A DNA stretch of 64,000 bases from an uncultured Eggerthellaceae bacterium (lineage in GTDB: Bacteria > Actinomycetota > Coriobacteriia > Coriobacteriales > Eggerthellaceae). The position numbers were made by a program, and so were the translations under genes. Location of the stretch: the NCBI GenBank assembly GCA_944321455.1, contig CALULI010000009.1:2703-66702 (forward strand), given 5' to 3'. The notes beneath the pieces were generated by a model. The model saw nothing but the letters and a program-made list of their open reading frames with translations, was not told the DNA's origin and did not search any database. Positions 1-9,456 of this stretch are shown here, one piece after another. How positions within the stretch are numbered: position 1 is the stretch's first letter; every line of letters begins with the position of its first letter.

Positions 1-267
1 AAGTCTAGCGCTTAAGATCGCTGCGTTTTTTATATTGAAGTCACTTACAAAATTAGCTATAGCATTAACATTTTCTTGGCGGCACTTAACCTCTAAAGCA
101 TCTAAGTCGCCAGTACTAATCATCCAATATTCGTCTGCAACCAATTTATCTTTTGATTGCTCTGGAGCAAGATAGTCAGTGACTATTGTACGTACACCTA
201 GAGATTTAGCGTATCGAATAGCTTCATTGTTTCCATAAGTTGATCCAAAAAAAAGTATTGTTTTCAT
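1..267 (-). CDS. ATP-grasp-type protein, N-terminal part (runs off the window edge; absent from the ORF track)
   Basis: Manual translation from ATG at 267: MKTILFFGSTYGNNEAIRYAKSLGVRTIVTDYLAPEQSKDKLVADEYWMISTGDLDALEVKCRQENVNAIANFVSDF. This resembles the preATP-grasp N-terminal domain of polysaccharide-locus ligases. It starts 2 bp after the stop of the upstream gene. Confidence 0.7.
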   Translation of the reverse strand, partial: MKTILFFGSTYGNNEAIRYAKSLGVRTIVTDYLAPEQSKDKLVADEYWMISTGDLDALEVKCRQENVNAIANFVSDFNIKNAAILSARL

Positions 268-269
268 TG

Positions 270-1340
270 CTACTCCAGAGTGTTAAGTCGAATCATTGAA
301 ATATCTTTTTGGTAAAACCCAAAACTACGTGCTTCAAACAAGGATGAAGCTGGCTCTTTGCCACGAAGCCACGCTATCAACGCGCTAGGCATATTTACTC
401 CAGCTGCGTGAGAGAAAGGGTAGCCTCCCCCAAATCGTGCGTTCATTTCTAATATATAAGGTTCTTTATCGGTCAAAAATAAATCAATATCCATATTCCC
501 AAGATGTTTTGTAATACTTGAGATAAACATGGCTAGTTTTTTTATTGCGCTGTCATAAGGAACTACCTGAGCACAGTCTGTTTCGCCAGACCGCATAGCA
601 ATTTTCTTCCTTAGTGAAAGTCCCCGAAAATTTCCATTGAGATCGTTATAAATATCCATGCCATATTCTTGGCCAGCTAGACATTCCTGAAAGATAGTAG
701 CGTTGTCGATTTCTGAAAGAGATTCATATTTCAGATAGGTATTGCTTATTTTTCCAGTAATGAGTGTTGTGGCCGCTTGAAGTTCTCTTTGATTGTTGGC
801 TTTATAAATACCTATAGATCCCATTCCCCAACGTGGTTTTACGATAATTGGATAGGATAGGGCTCCATTTTCGATTGCTTCGAGGCAATCGAAATAAGAA
901 AGGAAAGTTTTCGGTGTTTTTATCCCGTGTTTATTGAGCCAAAGTGATGTTTTATATTTGTCGTTGCATATCTTTGCAATTTGCTCTTTGGGAAGAATAG
1001 GAAAGCATCCTGCACGCATAAATTCATCTCGTGCTTTAGACAATATAGGAACATCGATGTCAAATAAAGTAATAAGGGCGCCAATATGATTGTCGGAAAT
1101 ATAATCCATCAAGAACGGGATATAATCATCAGAATAGATTAGCGGACTTACTGTCGCTCTATCCGCATAATTAAAAGCAGGCGACAAAGCATTGCTATTG
1201 GTCACATGAACTTCGCCTGCATCGCCAAGTGCTTCCTTAAAATACTTGACCATATAGCTTCGTCTTCCAACACTGGTGATTAGAAGATTTGGTTTTTTAT
1301 TGGTAAGCCATTCTTTTTTCTTGAAATTTACAGTATTCAT
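270..1340 (-). CDS. ATP-grasp domain protein (carbamoyl-phosphate synthase-like/PylC-like ligase)
   Basis: Motifs ICNDKYKT, IIVKPRWGMGSIG, IFQECLAGQEYGMD, LEMNARFGGG. ATG at 1340 follows AGGA; the ORF track starts at 1355. Confidence 0.85.
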   Translation of the reverse strand: MNTVNFKKKEWLTNKKPNLLITSVGRRSYMVKYFKEALGDAGEVHVTNSNALSPAFNYADRATVSPLIYSDDYIPFLMDYISDNHIGALITLFDIDVPILSKARDEFMRAGCFPILPKEQIAKICNDKYKTSLWLNKHGIKTPKTFLSYFDCLEAIENGALSYPIIVKPRWGMGSIGIYKANNQRELQAATTLITGKISNTYLKYESLSEIDNATIFQECLAGQEYGMDIYNDLNGNFRGLSLRKKIAMRSGETDCAQVVPYDSAIKKLAMFISSITKHLGNMDIDLFLTDKEPYILEMNARFGGGYPFSHAAGVNMPSALIAWLRGKEPASSLFEARSFGFYQKDISMIRLNTLE

Positions 1341-1348
1341 ACTAATTC

Positions 1349-2452
1349 CTAGCAATTTGAGATGATGTCACAGATGCGATCGATGTCGCTTAGGGACAAT
1401 TCAGCGTATAAGGGTAGCGTTAAAATCTGGCTAGAGATTTCTTTTGCTATTGGAGTGGATTCAGATGAATAAGCATCTCTATAACACAAAAAATCAGTAG
1501 TTAATGGATAAAAATATTTGCGTGAGTGAATGCCCTTTGCTGCAAGCTTGTCAAAAATGGCATCACGTGAAAGAGGAAAATCTTTTGTGAATTGTACAGG
1601 CATGTATGCATAATTGCTGACCACCTTTGAAGGTGGAATGCATAATTTAACTCCAGGAACATCTTCAAGCATATTCCAATATCGTTTAGCGCATAATTCT
1701 CTTTTTGCTATCTCATCGTCAAGGTGTCTTAAATTGCAAAGACCCATTGCCGCTGCAAATTCGTTAAGTTTTGCATTACCGCCGATATAATCGACGCTTT
1801 CGGGGCTTGTAATTCCAAAGTTCTTTAAATGGTTTAATTTGTCTGCTAGTTCTAGGTTGTTAGTGCAAATAGCCCCGCCTTCAATGGTATGAAATACTTT
1901 CGTAGCATGAAAGCTGAACATGGAGGCATCGCCATATTGTGCAACAGATATACCATTTGCTTTTTCGTAAAAAGCATGTGCGGCATCATAAATCACCTTT
2001 AGGTTGTATTTATCCGCAATAGCTTGAATTCTCTCAACGTCGCAGATGTTCCCATAAACGTGAACAGGAAGGATGGCAGAAGTATTTTCCGTAATTAAAG
2101 GCTCAATTGTGTTTGGATCGATAGTAAAATCATCAGACTTTATATCGGCGAAGACAGGTTTTAAGCCTTTACGAACAATAGCATGAGTCGTTGACGCAAA
2201 GGTAAATGGAGTGGTGATTACTTCTCCTTTTAATTCTAGAGCTTCGAGAACAAATTCTAAAGCCGAATGCCCATTGGTAAATAATGAGACGGCGTTTACA
2301 TGTAGTAGATCTTTTAACTTTTTTTCGAGAGCTTGATGTTTTGGTCCCATATTAGTTAAACAATGGGTGTCCCAGATAGAAGAAATCTCGTGTATGTATT
2401 CGCTCATTGGGGGCATTGAGGATTGCGTTACAAAAATCTCGTGATTATCCAC
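1349..2452 (-). CDS. vioA: DegT/DnrJ/EryC1/StrS aminotransferase, VioA-like (dTDP-4-keto-6-deoxyglucose aminotransferase)
   Basis: FVTQSSMPP N-terminus, TTPFTFASTTHAI, YDAAHAF, SFHATKVFHTIEGGA (PLP lysine), RKYFYP. Confidence 0.75.
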   Translation of the reverse strand: MDNHEIFVTQSSMPPMSEYIHEISSIWDTHCLTNMGPKHQALEKKLKDLLHVNAVSLFTNGHSALEFVLEALELKGEVITTPFTFASTTHAIVRKGLKPVFADIKSDDFTIDPNTIEPLITENTSAILPVHVYGNICDVERIQAIADKYNLKVIYDAAHAFYEKANGISVAQYGDASMFSFHATKVFHTIEGGAICTNNLELADKLNHLKNFGITSPESVDYIGGNAKLNEFAAAMGLCNLRHLDDEIAKRELCAKRYWNMLEDVPGVKLCIPPSKVVSNYAYMPVQFTKDFPLSRDAIFDKLAAKGIHSRKYFYPLTTDFLCYRDAYSSESTPIAKEISSQILTLPLYAELSLSDIDRICDIISNC

Positions 2453-2504
2453 AGGAAGCTCCTTAAGATAAATAAAAATAATTATAAAGTATAAAAGTAA
2501 AGCA

Positions 2505-2540
2505 TTGTTTAATCTATGATTGAGAGCATAGATTAAACAA
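2505..2540. repeat. Perfect 14-bp inverted repeat (TTGTTTAATCTATG-N8-CATAGATTAAACAA) in the divergent vioA/wbpA intergenic region
   Basis: Arms at 2505-2518 and 2527-2540 are exact reverse complements. Confidence 0.85.
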
Positions 2541-2626
2541 CATGTGTCTAACCAGATGGAGTCTGCACTTAAAAGGTTATAATAGCTTCGAATCGTTGGG
2601 GTTAGATGAGGTCTATTGTTTAGGAG

Positions 2627-3958
2627 TTGAAAACATCTATGTCAATGAAGGACGAGCTGCTGGAGAAAATCAATAATAGAACTCTTCGTATTGGTGTTGT
2701 AGGCCTTGGATATGTAGGTCTTCCTCTTGCAGTAGAAAAAGCAAAAGCAGGTTTTAGAACTGTTGGTTTTGATGTCCAGCCTACTAAAGTTGCTTCTGTC
2801 AATGCTGGACATAATTACATCGGCGATGTTGTTGATGAAGATCTATCTAATCTAGTTGATAAAGGTATGCTTCGCGCCACTAACGATTTCTCGCAAATTT
2901 GCGAAACTGATTTTATCGCAATTTGCGTTCCAACCCCCTTGGACGCCCATCAGCAACCAGATACATCATATATCGAATCTTCAGCTAAATCTGTTGCAGA
3001 GAATCTTAAGCCTAAAACAATGGTTGTGTTGGAGTCTACGACTTATCCGGGTACGACGGAGGATCTTCTTAAACCTATTCTTGAGAAATATTCGGGTCTT
3101 GAGTGCGGAAAGGATTTTTATTTAGGGTTTTCGCCTGAGCGAGTGGATCCAGGAAATCTAGTTTATAAGACTAAGAATACGCCTAAAGTTGTTGGTGCGA
3201 TTGGCGAAGAAGCTCTTGAGTGCATTGCTGCTGTTTACGAATCCGTTCTTGAAGGAGGAGTTACTAGGGTTTCATCGCCTGCGGTAGCCGAAATGGAAAA
3301 AATTCTTGAGAATACTTATCGCAATATCAATATCGGTCTCGTTAATGAGATGGCTATGCTATGTGATCGAATGGGAATCGACGTATGGGAGGTCATTGAT
3401 TCGGCGAAGACCAAGCCTTATGGCTTTACTGCATTTTACCCTGGCCCTGGATTAGGCGGCCATTGTATCCCGCTAGATCCATATTACCTAACTTGGAAAG
3501 CGCGTGAGTACGGTTTCCATACTTCAATGATTGAAGCTTCTATGACAGTTAACGACGGAATGCCAGAATGGGTGGCATCGCGTGCAGCTAGGATATTAAA
3601 TAAACATCACAAAGCTATGAATGGGTCTAATGTCCTTATTCTTGGCGTTGCCTATAAGCAAGACATTGATGATTATCGTGAGAGCCCCGCATTAAGAGTG
3701 ATTGAGAGGATAGAAGCGCGTGGTGCAAAAGTTTCTTACTACGATCCATGGGTCAAGCAATGCACCTATAAAGGAAGGACACTCCAAAGTGTTTCAGAGC
3801 TTTCTGAGGATGTCATATCAGCTGCTGATATTGTCGTAATTACCTGCGCTCATACGAATATAGATTATGACTTGGTCCAAAAAAACGCACAAGCCATTCT
3901 TGACACGAAGAATGCGATGAAAAACATACAAAATCGTGAAAATATTGAAGTACTTTAA
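2627..3958 (+). CDS. wbpA: Nucleotide-sugar dehydrogenase, UDP-GlcNAc 6-dehydrogenase (WbpA-like)
   Basis: GLGYVG Rossmann motif, ICVPTP, LESTTYPGTT, FSPERVDPGN, GPGLGGHCIPLDP, DYRESP. The true start may be ATG 2639 or 2645. Confidence 0.85.
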   Translation: MKTSMSMKDELLEKINNRTLRIGVVGLGYVGLPLAVEKAKAGFRTVGFDVQPTKVASVNAGHNYIGDVVDEDLSNLVDKGMLRATNDFSQICETDFIAICVPTPLDAHQQPDTSYIESSAKSVAENLKPKTMVVLESTTYPGTTEDLLKPILEKYSGLECGKDFYLGFSPERVDPGNLVYKTKNTPKVVGAIGEEALECIAAVYESVLEGGVTRVSSPAVAEMEKILENTYRNINIGLVNEMAMLCDRMGIDVWEVIDSAKTKPYGFTAFYPGPGLGGHCIPLDPYYLTWKAREYGFHTSMIEASMTVNDGMPEWVASRAARILNKHHKAMNGSNVLILGVAYKQDIDDYRESPALRVIERIEARGAKVSYYDPWVKQCTYKGRTLQSVSELSEDVISAADIVVITCAHTNIDYDLVQKNAQAILDTKNAMKNIQNRENIEVL

Positions 3959-3968
3959 GAAGTGATTT

Positions 3969-4001
3969 TTAGGAGCACTGCTTGTGAGGCAGTGCTCCTA
4001 A
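3969..4001 (+). terminator. 13-bp stem hairpin between wbpA and wbpB (terminator or processing/stability element)
   Basis: TTAGGAGCACTGC-N7-GCAGTGCTCCTAA followed by CTTTT. Confidence 0.55.
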
Positions 4002-4113
4002 CTTTTAATATTCTAGTTTGTAATAAGGAATTATTGCTTGAACTAAAATACGAGCAAGAATTAGCTTGAAATATATTGTTGGCATGGTTTCTCGAGGATT
4101 AAGGTGTAAAAGT

Positions 4114-5190
4114 ATGAAATATGCGCTTATCGGTTGCGGTCGCATTGCAGTAAATCATTTAAAAGCAGTCATTGCAAATAACTTAGATTTTGTTGCAATG
4201 TGCGATATTGATTCCTCTAAATTCGATACGTTGATTAGCAAAGCGGGGTATGGTGATTTCCGTCATGCTTTGCGCTATTCTGACTATAAAGTAATGCTAG
4301 AAGAACATCCTGAAATAGAGCTTGTTGCCATTGCAACTGAAAGTGGCAAACACGCAGCTATTGCTCTGGATTGCATTAATGCTGGAAAGAATGTGATTAT
4401 AGAGAAGCCTATGGCTATGTCGATTGCCGAGGCAGATGAAATAATATCTCTTTCACGAGAAAAAGGCGTGAAAGTGTCTGTTTGCCATCAAAACCGCTTT
4501 AATGTAGCCGTCCAAAAGACACGTCAAGCTTTAGAGCTCGGTCGATTTGGGAAAATATCACATGGCACTATTCATGTTCGTTGGAATAGAAACAAAAAAT
4601 ACTATGAACAAGCTCCTTGGCGTGGCACTTGGGCCGAAGACGGCGGCTGTTTAATGAACCAATGCATTCATGGTATTGACCTATTGCGTTGGATGATGGG
4701 GGATAAACCTGTATCGGTATATGCACAGACGCGTCAGAGGTTTCATGATTATCTAGAAGCAGAAGATATAGGTGCGGCGGTAGTTTCTTTTGCTGATGGC
4801 TCGATCGGTATCATTGAGGGGACGACGAATGTGTTTCCGCAAAATCTTGAGGAAACGTTATATCTGTTTGGCGAAAACGGAACAGTAAAGATCGGTGGGA
4901 CGTCCACTAATAATATTGATGTGTGGGAGTTTGCTGACAAGACGGAAGAGGACGAGGGTCTTGAGGGTCTCAAAGAGCAAACGTCTAATGTTTATGGAAA
5001 TGGTCACGCCCTGCTGTATAAAGACATGATTAGTTCAATTGAAAATGATGAAGAGCCATATGTGGATGCGGTTGCGGGTCGTGATGCACTAGAGTTGGTT
5101 CTGGCTATTTACAAGAGTCAAAAGACTGGTCTGCCAGTTCGGCTGCCTCTTAATGAATTTGCAAGTATAGATATGGAGGGAGAGTTTTAG
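4114..5190 (+). CDS. wbpB: Gfo/Idh/MocA oxidoreductase (WbpB/WlbA-like UDP-GlcNAcA 3-dehydrogenase)
   Basis: [36 protein letters not shown]; context between wbpA and wbpD/E. ATG at 4114 follows AAGGTG. Confidence 0.8.
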   Translation: MKYALIGCGRIAVNHLKAVIANNLDFVAMCDIDSSKFDTLISKAGYGDFRHALRYSDYKVMLEEHPEIELVAIATESGKHAAIALDCINAGKNVIIEKPMAMSIAEADEIISLSREKGVKVSVCHQNRFNVAVQKTRQALELGRFGKISHGTIHVRWNRNKKYYEQAPWRGTWAEDGGCLMNQCIHGIDLLRWMMGDKPVSVYAQTRQRFHDYLEAEDIGAAVVSFADGSIGIIEGTTNVFPQNLEETLYLFGENGTVKIGGTSTNNIDVWEFADKTEEDEGLEGLKEQTSNVYGNGHALLYKDMISSIENDEEPYVDAVAGRDALELVLAIYKSQKTGLPVRLPLNEFASIDMEGEF

Positions 5191-5759
5191 TGTGTGAATT
5201 CTTTGTCCATGAAACTGCAGTTATCGATGAAGGCGCTTCTATCGGCAAGAATACAAAAATATGGCATTTTAGTCATATCCAATCAGGGGCGAAAATAGGA
5301 AGTAATTGCAGTTTGGGTCAGAACGTTAATATAGCCAATAATGTCATGATAGGCGAGGGATGCAAAATCCAAAATAACGTTTCTGTCTATGAAGGTGTCG
5401 AGCTTGAAGATTACGTCTTTTGCGGACCTTCTTGTGTATTTACAAACGATCTAACGCCACGTGCTAAGTATCCTAAGGGTAGTGCTAACTATGTTCGTAC
5501 TGTAGTTCAGTACGGCGCATCTATTGGAGCGAATGCTACTATTGTTTGTGGAAACACAGTTGGCAAATGGGCAATGATTGGTTCGGGAGCTGTAGTCACC
5601 TCTGATGTTCCTAACCACGCTTTAATGATTGGAATTCCAGCACGCCAACACGGTTGGGTTTGCGAGTGTGGAATGGTTCTTGATGATTCGCTCAGCTGCC
5701 CTAGCTGTAATAGAATGTATGAGATAGCTGATGGAGAGCTAAGAGAGGTTGAGGGCTGA
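5190..5759 (+). CDS. wbpD: Hexapeptide-repeat N-acetyltransferase (WbpD/WlbB-like)
   Basis: [37 protein letters not shown]-terminal CECG..CPSC. Confidence 0.85.
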   Translation: MCEFFVHETAVIDEGASIGKNTKIWHFSHIQSGAKIGSNCSLGQNVNIANNVMIGEGCKIQNNVSVYEGVELEDYVFCGPSCVFTNDLTPRAKYPKGSANYVRTVVQYGASIGANATIVCGNTVGKWAMIGSGAVVTSDVPNHALMIGIPARQHGWVCECGMVLDDSLSCPSCNRMYEIADGELREVEG

Positions 5760-6892
5760 TGGAGTTCAGGGATCTTCATACACAATATGATGTTTTGCAT
5801 AAAGAGATAGACCAAGCTATAAAATGTGTGTTGGCTTCAGGCCAATTTATTGGTGGAGATCCTGTTAAAACATTTGAAAAGGAGCTTGCTGACTATTTAG
5901 GCGTTAAGCACTGCATTACTTGCGCCAATGGAACGGACGCGTTGAAACTCGCCTTAATGGCATGGGGGATAGGGCCTGGAGACGCGGTTCTTGTTCCGGA
6001 TTTTACTTTCTTTTCTAGTGGAGAGGTAGTCTCTTCAGTCGGTGCAGTTCCTGTTTTTATTGATGTTTTAGAGGACTCTTTTAATTTAGATCCAAAAAAG
6101 ATCGAATCTGGGGTAAAAGCGGCTTTGCAGGAGGGTTTCAAGCCTCGCGCAGTCGTTGCAGTCGACTTATTTGGCCGTCCTGCTGATTATTCTGCCATTA
6201 AGCAGGAATGCAAGCGCCTAGGTCTGCTTCTTCTCGAAGATGGTGCCCAAGGATTTGGCGGATCTATTGGAGAGAAGAAAGCATGTTCGTTTGGAGATAT
6301 ATCAACGACAAGTTTTTTTCCTGCTAAGCCTTTGGGCTGCTACGGCGACGGTGGAGCAATATTTACCGATAACGAAGAGTGGGCGAAGCTCATTAGGAGT
6401 TATGCGATTCATGGCAAAGGGTCTATGAAGTATGACAATATCCGCATTGGTATGAATAGCAGACTGGATACTATTCAGGCCTCAATTCTAAGAGTAAAGT
6501 TTAGAGCTTTTAGGGATTTCGAGCTCCAAGCGGTTAATGAACGAGCAGAGCACTACTCTGAACTACTTTGCGATACATCTTTGGTTTTACCAAAGATTCC
6601 TGATGGTGTTATCAGCTCGTGGGCGCAGTATACCGTAATAGCCTCTAATGAGGAGGAAAGAAATAGACTTCAGCATGAATTGAAAAATGTCGGGGTACCA
6701 ACTATGGTTTATTATCCGAAGCCAATGCACGAGCAAAAAGCATTTGAGGATAGCAGTATTACGCTTTGTGATAAATCTTCGACAACTTCAAGATTGTGTC
6801 GGACGGTTTTAAGCCTACCAATGGGTCCATATCTTAAGAATGATGATATAGAGCGTATCGGCAAAGAACTCATGCGCCTTCTTCATGGCTAG
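5759..6892 (+). CDS. wbpE: DegT-family aminotransferase (WbpE/WlbC-like)
   Basis: MEFRDL, CANGTDAL, EDGAQGFG, SFFPAKPLGCYGDGGA, GMNSRLDTIQA. Confidence 0.85.
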   Translation: MEFRDLHTQYDVLHKEIDQAIKCVLASGQFIGGDPVKTFEKELADYLGVKHCITCANGTDALKLALMAWGIGPGDAVLVPDFTFFSSGEVVSSVGAVPVFIDVLEDSFNLDPKKIESGVKAALQEGFKPRAVVAVDLFGRPADYSAIKQECKRLGLLLLEDGAQGFGGSIGEKKACSFGDISTTSFFPAKPLGCYGDGGAIFTDNEEWAKLIRSYAIHGKGSMKYDNIRIGMNSRLDTIQASILRVKFRAFRDFELQAVNERAEHYSELLCDTSLVLPKIPDGVISSWAQYTVIASNEEERNRLQHELKNVGVPTMVYYPKPMHEQKAFEDSSITLCDKSSTTSRLCRTVLSLPMGPYLKNDDIERIGKELMRLLHG

Positions 6893-6909
6893 GTGAAACG
6901 ATAAAACTC

Positions 6910-7986
6910 ATGATTGTTCAGATTCTACCGGAGAGTGATTTATCCCGCGGTTTTATAGATTTTATGCAAGAAAATTTTAAGGATGATTTTTGCTACATTC
7001 TTATCAATGGTGAGAATTCGAATGCTGATTTGATTCAGGAGAATGTAATTATACTTGAGAACAGAATTTCTCTTGCACTTAATCAAAAAGCAAGGAATTG
7101 GTTGAGCTCGTCTAGCGCGATCATATTAAATTGGGTTGATGGAGCCATACTTACTCTTTTATTTCCATTTAGGAAAAAGATTGCAGCGATGTTTTGGGGC
7201 GGTGATTTGACTTTCTTGCTAAAAGGAGCCGAATCAAAAAACCCTATCAAAAAAATGGTCAGCACCTGTATAAAAAAGCAGGTAGAAAGCCTGCCTTGTA
7301 CTATTACCCTCTCTAGAGGCGAATATGATTTACTTAGATCTGCCTGTAGTTTAAAGGGCAAGTGGTTCTTGGGTTCTTTTATGTCAAATTCAATGAAAGA
7401 GATTCAAAAAAAATGCTCCACGAGAGATGCCTACGATGAGACGCGCATTCTGCTTGGCAATAGTGCGACTTCATCAAATAGACACCAGCAAATGTTTGAC
7501 ATGTTGGAAAGATTTAATAAAGAGAATGCAGTCTTCTATGCTCCATTAACATATGGCGATATGGAATACCGAGACAAAATTATAAAACTAGGGAAAGATA
7601 AATTTGGCGATAAATTTGTACCACTTGTAAAGCATATGGACTCATCGGACTATTTAGACTTTTTAAGTACGATTACAGTTGGTGTTTTTAACCATAATAG
7701 ACAACAAGGCATAGGAAACATAAGTAGACTTCTTGCGTTCGGGGCAAAAGTTTATTTATCAAAGGATGGGCCATTGCTTGAGGAGAATTTGAAGGATGGT
7801 TTTAAGGTGTTTCCTACCGAGGATATACCCAATCAAAGCTTTGAGGAACTTATTTTCATGAAGGATAAAGATCGTGAAACGAATACGCAAAAAGCAAGTT
7901 TTGAAGCTTATTCGCAAGAAGCCAAAGAGCTTTGGTCAAAGATAATAGCCTATCTTAATGTGGTAAAGCCATATGAGCGATCTTAA
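6910..7986 (+). CDS. GT56 family glycosyltransferase (WecF/RffT-like 4-amino-6-deoxyhexose transferase)
   Basis: ILLGNSATSSNRH, PLTYGD, YLDFLS...VFNHNRQQGIGNISRLLAFGAKVYL, typical of WecF-like proteins. Confidence 0.75.
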   Translation: MIVQILPESDLSRGFIDFMQENFKDDFCYILINGENSNADLIQENVIILENRISLALNQKARNWLSSSSAIILNWVDGAILTLLFPFRKKIAAMFWGGDLTFLLKGAESKNPIKKMVSTCIKKQVESLPCTITLSRGEYDLLRSACSLKGKWFLGSFMSNSMKEIQKKCSTRDAYDETRILLGNSATSSNRHQQMFDMLERFNKENAVFYAPLTYGDMEYRDKIIKLGKDKFGDKFVPLVKHMDSSDYLDFLSTITVGVFNHNRQQGIGNISRLLAFGAKVYLSKDGPLLEENLKDGFKVFPTEDIPNQSFEELIFMKDKDRETNTQKASFEAYSQEAKELWSKIIAYLNVVKPYERS

Positions 7987-9418
7987 GACAAAAACAATTT
8001 CATCATTATTTTGGAAATTGATGGAGCGTGGTGGCAATGCCGTTGTCTCTCTTATTGTTCAAGTTGTCTTGGCGCGATTGCTGCTGCCTGAAGATTTTGG
8101 CATGCTCGCAATCATTATTGTCTTTGTGAATATTGGAGCAGTTTTTGTCCAGTCTGGTTTAAATTCAGCCTTAGTACAATCGCCTACAATTTCCGAAGAG
8201 GATTATTCAACTGTATTCTGGTTCTGCTTTTTTATAGCATTGTTGTTGTATGTTGGTATTTTTTTTATAGCTCCATTTGTTGCTGATTTCTACAATAGTG
8301 AAGGCCTAGTGTGGCCTCTAAGAGCCATTGCGATATTGCTGATCATAAATGCTTTAAATGCAGTACAGATCGCCAAAGTAACTCGCGACCTAGAATTAAA
8401 GAAAACGTTCTATGCTACGATTGCCTCCGTGGTTGTCTCGGGGCTTTGCGGTATTGCTGTTGCCCTTTGTGGTTATGGCGTCTGGGCTCTTGTTGTGCAA
8501 CAATTAATTTATCAACTGGTTAATTGTGCTGTTCTTGGATTACAGATTCGCTGGCGGCCTTCTTTTGTATTTTCGTTTAAACGTGCAAGAGATCTTTTTA
8601 AATTTGGGTGGAAGATTCTAGTTTCAGGACTCCTCAATACGCTCTATCAGAGCTTCTCTAGTCTTATTATTGGTAAACAATTTTCTCAATATAGCCTGGG
8701 CCTCGTATCTCAGGGGGAAAAATATCCTCAAGCTATAGGCAACATGTTAGATGGTGCGATTCAGCCAGTTATGTTTTCAGCTGTTTCTCGTGTCCAGAAT
8801 AGCCTTGATGATGTTAAGGGATTGACTAGACGTGCTTTAAAGACCTCGGCGTTTCTAGTAATACCAATTATGCTCACTTTTTCGGTAGTAGCAGAGCCGT
8901 TCACTAGAGTTTTCCTGGGCGATCAATGGTTGGCTGCTGTTCCATTTTTCCAGCTCTACTGTCTCATTTATGCTTTATATCCTTTGCAAACATCAAATTT
9001 GCAGGCTATTAATGGGATTGGGAGAAGTGACATCTATTTAAAATTAGAAATAGTAAAAAAAGTATACGGAGTAATCATTGTTCTATTTTGTGCCCTTGTA
9101 TTGCAAAATATTTATGCAGTTGTATGCGGATTACTGTTATCAAACGTAATATCTGTTTTTGTAAATTCCCTGCCGACAAAAAGATTGATAGGTTATAGCC
9201 TTCTGGAACAGATCAAAGATATTTTTCCTTCAATTTTACTATCAGTAGTTGCTTGTGCGGCGAGTAGTCTAGCCCATTTAGCAAGTTTAAGCCCTATTAT
9301 TATGCTAATAGTTCAAGTTATCGTAGCTGTTGTTTTGTATGTACTGCTTGCGGCAATATTTAAGGTCGAAGAGTTCACGTATTTGTTTACTACTCTTAAA
9401 GAACGCTTTTTGGCGTAA
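7973..9418 (+). CDS. wzx: Wzx-type polysaccharide flippase (PST family)
   Basis: About 12-14 hydrophobic segments; VLARLLLPEDFGMLAII; overlaps the upstream gene. Confidence 0.9.
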   Translation: MSDLKTKTISSLFWKLMERGGNAVVSLIVQVVLARLLLPEDFGMLAIIIVFVNIGAVFVQSGLNSALVQSPTISEEDYSTVFWFCFFIALLLYVGIFFIAPFVADFYNSEGLVWPLRAIAILLIINALNAVQIAKVTRDLELKKTFYATIASVVVSGLCGIAVALCGYGVWALVVQQLIYQLVNCAVLGLQIRWRPSFVFSFKRARDLFKFGWKILVSGLLNTLYQSFSSLIIGKQFSQYSLGLVSQGEKYPQAIGNMLDGAIQPVMFSAVSRVQNSLDDVKGLTRRALKTSAFLVIPIMLTFSVVAEPFTRVFLGDQWLAAVPFFQLYCLIYALYPLQTSNLQAINGIGRSDIYLKLEIVKKVYGVIIVLFCALVLQNIYAVVCGLLLSNVISVFVNSLPTKRLIGYSLLEQIKDIFPSILLSVVACAASSLAHLASLSPIIMLIVQVIVAVVLYVLLAAIFKVEEFTYLFTTLKERFLA

Positions 9419-9456
9419 GGATAAATAAATCAATTTAAGAACTAAAAGGAAGAACG

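Noticed and set aside
247-254. A8/T8 homopolymers (also 8259-8266 and 35431-35438) as phase-variation tracts
   Set aside because: Runs of 8 are common in AT-rich DNA and all reading frames are intact; no read data to show slippage.
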